DNA of 64,000 nucleotides from Vicugna vicugna (Eukaryota). The stretch's first letter is position 1, and every line of letters begins with the position of its first letter. The notes under the pieces were generated by a model that was not told where the DNA came from, made no database searches, and saw only the letters and a program-made list of their open reading frames with translations. Made by a program: the position numbers and the translations under genes. The stretch is taken from NCBI GenBank assembly GCA_013265495.1, contig MU058198.1:6029779-6093778 (forward strand), read 5' to 3'. This document shows, in pieces, positions 61,111 to 64,000 of the stretch.

Positions 61111-62180
61111 ACATTTTTTTCAAAACAAATTTTTAAGAAGCTAGCACATTAAGGAGGAGATAAGCTGCTTCAGTAGAGCTAAGCACCAGCAGAGGAAGAA
61201 AACTGAGAAAAGTGAAAAAGAAGACCTAATTTAAAAAGCTTAGCAGGATTTTATTGATGTCAGTTTCTGGATTGTGCTACTGTCCTGCAGGCTATTACCA
61301 TGGGGGAAACCAGATGAAGGGTACGTGGAATCACTCTGTATTGTCTACAGTTAGCTCAAAATAAAAAGTAAAAAGCTAGCTAAATAAAGCAAACACAAAT
61401 GCCCAGGTCCTATGATACAGAGGTTTTGATTCTGACCCTGGGTTTGGGCTCAGGCACGGCTCCTCTTTTTTAGTGCCCCACAAGGCTGTAATTTGCAGCA
61501 ATATTTAAGAACCACAGTTATAAAGAACAGAGCTGTGGATCTCAAACTTTGATATGCACAAGAATCACTCAGGGTATTTGTTTAAGATGCATATTTTAGG
61601 TCTAATTTCTAAGCTAAGAGAATTGTTTGTAGGAGGTAGCACAGTTTTTAACAGAAGAACTCCTGGGGATTCTGAATCAGAAGGCTTGACGATTAGAGTC
61701 TACTGCAAATGTTAGAAACATTTTAGAGATAATTTGGACTTTGTGGCTTGGATTTAGAAACTATAAAAGAAATCAATGTTAAAGTTCAAAGTTAAAATCT
61801 CTTCTATATCATATAAAATTAAGATAACTGTAAAGTAAAAAACAAAAAGACAAAAATCTGGAGGTTCACAAAAGCCAGAAAGGGATGGGACGGGGCTCTG
61901 CCCTTGTCTTCAAACCATACCCTCCACTTCTGGAAACTCAGTGGAAGAGGATGTCACTTAATAAATGAAAGATACAAAAGCATAATACCTCCTGGCAATG
62001 TCTCCTGTATTACAGATCTGTTTCTATACAGAATATTGACCATTAGTATTAAGAAAAGACTAAATTATGTTTAACATACATACGTTTTTTAAAAAGCAAA
62101 GAAGTCTTAATCTGTTTTAGAAATATTTTCATATGAAATTATTTTATTTAGGTTTTTGGCTATTTAAAGAGGTGAATTTT

Positions 62181-62510
62181 ACAGACATAGAAAACAAACT
62201 TATGCTTACCAGGGGAGAAAGGGGCCAGGTGGAGGGATAAAATGAGATTTTGGGATTTGCAGATACTAACTCATATATATATATATATATACATATATAA
62301 TAGATAAACAACAAGGTCCTACTATATAGCACAGGGAACTATATTCAACACTTTGTAATAAGCTATAGTGAAAAAGAATATGAAAAGAAATATATACATA
62401 CATATATATATACATATATACACACACACACACATATATGACACTACCACTATGCTGTACACCAGAAACTAACACAACATTGTAAACTGACCAGACTTCA
62501 ATTTTAAAAA
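62181..62510 (+). mobile_element. 5'-truncated young L1 3' UTR with perfect 15-bp TSD
   Basis: acagacatagaaaacaaacttatg.ttacc...aacaaggtcctactatatagcacagggaactatattcaa...tgctgtacaccagaaactaacacaacattgtaaa. TSD aaagaggtgaatttt at 62166-62180 and 62511-62525. Internal (TA)n/(CA)n tracts. Confidence 0.92.
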
Positions 62511-64000
62511 AAAGAGGTGAATTTTCCATAAATAGAAAATTAATTTTGTTTTGTTATATGAAGGCGTTATTATATTAAGGAAATGAATATGCATCCTTCG
62601 TATTTGGTTTTCTCACTTTAGTCACATTCAAAAACTGTCTCAAACTTGAGAAAAAACAATTCAGAGAAAACAGGGGCATGTAGGAGAGAATTTCTTATTC
62701 AATATGACTTGAAAAAAAAATTATGCTTAAATTCAAGAGAAGAGTTGAAGTATATAGTGGTAAGTGGAAGAGGATGTGGACCTGGACCCATGAGCTTAGG
62801 CCAGCTTCAGCTCACCAGTGTGTTTCATTGGCTGGCCTGCTGTTGTGCTGTCATCATTATTGCTGTTCTTTTATTTCGAATTCGAAAATGTTTATTATAA
62901 GTATGCACCTTTCAGTTTGCCCTGGTCCGCACCACTCCCTATTGTATGACAGCGGGACTACATTGCCATTTCAGGCTATGTTCCATCTGCTGAAGATGCT
63001 GGAGCTTGTGGCTTCTGTTTTAGAAAGTAAAAAGAGCAAGTGACTGGGACTCAGCAAGTCTGGAGAGGGTAGTTGGGGCTTTTCTAGAAACTCTGTGAGT
63101 TTCTAGAAGCTCATTGTTTAAGTCACACTCTTTCAGAGCCCATTGCCTCTCCTATGACAAAAGATGGGGGGGTAGGTTGGATATTTCCTGTGCCTGTCAG
63201 CTCTGAAATTGGAAACCCCAGGGAGGAGTTGATAGGTGTTCCCATATTGCAAAATCTCCGGGAGCAGAGGACACATAATAGTTCGTGGAGCCCCCACTCA
63301 TCCAAGGACTATTTCTGTAGGCTGTTTGCAAGTTACATATTTAAGGCTTGAGACACCCTTCCCCCACCCCAGATCTAAGCTTTGTGATGGCAGAGATGTG
63401 TGCTACCTCAGTGGCTGCTGTGTCTCTGTTCCCTAGAAAAGCGCCTGGCATGGAGTTAGTTTGCAAATCTTTGTTAAGCAAGTGAATTGAGGAACTGATT
63501 GAATCAATAAGTGAGAGTGGCAGCGATGTTGCTGAGGTGCCCTGGCCAGTCCACACAGTGCTGAGTTCAGTCGTCACATCACTAAGTCATAATTATGGTG
63601 ACAGTATTTCCCAAACTATGAATCAGGACACATAGTCTGACAAAGAATTTTTGTGCTACTTAGGGTAGAAGAGTCAGTTTGGGAGATGTAGTTTGGATTC
63701 TGAAATCTTGGGATTTCTGGCAGACAGTGCTAATTAAAATGAGTATTTTAAGTGCTGTGAACGAGGTTAACAGTGAGGTAACAGGTGGGATGACAAGCAC
63801 AGCACTTGGCCTGGGCAGCAGGGCAGGGCAGGGCAGGGAGTGGTGGGTACACAGGAACAGTCTACACAGCTTGGCTGACTGTCATCATGTGGAAATAGGG
63901 GCCTGGTGGCTTTCCATTTTTAAGGGAAGCCAAATAAGTATCTGGGTTTGATTGTGTTCAGTTTCACCCGTTTTGTTTGTTTGTTTGTTTTTGTTTTTTT

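Noticed and set aside
55720..64000. KATNIP exon 7, or exon 1 and its CpG-island promoter in 1-8221
   Set aside because: No matching peptide with splice sites and no CpG island were found; both probably lie outside the window.

Overview
Mammalian genomic DNA, very probably a camelid (Camelus/Vicugna/Lama). The taxon call rests on three copies of a tRNA-Ala(AGC)-derived Vic-1-type SINE and no recognisable Alu, B1/B2, Bov-tA or PRE-1. The whole window lies inside KATNIP (KIAA0556, katanin-interacting protein; ciliary, Joubert-syndrome gene) on the + strand. Five small coding exons (orthologous exons 2-6) sit at 8222-8277, 34940-35016, 42695-42864, 44337-44434 and 55588-55719. They have GT-AG boundaries and splice into one open frame (GQTLRKAERS...KDMVTDFDEKHDEYLILLQQRNRILKHLK...RRGWHQKSVQIRTEAGPRLHIEPP...RDRPQ). 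The first exon and exon 7 onward lie outside the window. The other ~99% is intron, full of MIR, L2, L1, MLT1 (MaLR) LTR and hAT/Tigger DNA-transposon remnants, with one 140-N assembly gap. Nearly all ORFs in the supplied track are spurious. I found no convincing undescribed biological system. The best leads are modest: a possible recursive splice site at exon 2 with a strong in-frame ATG in exon 3, a candidate L1 3' transduction, repeated A-box duplications in the camelid SINEs, uniform antisense orientation of the MLT1 LTRs, co-oriented CTCF-like motifs, and several repeat-free enhancer-like blocks. Repeat subfamily names and the KATNIP call come from recalled sequences, not database searches. 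Repeat boundaries without target-site duplications (TSDs) are approximate.
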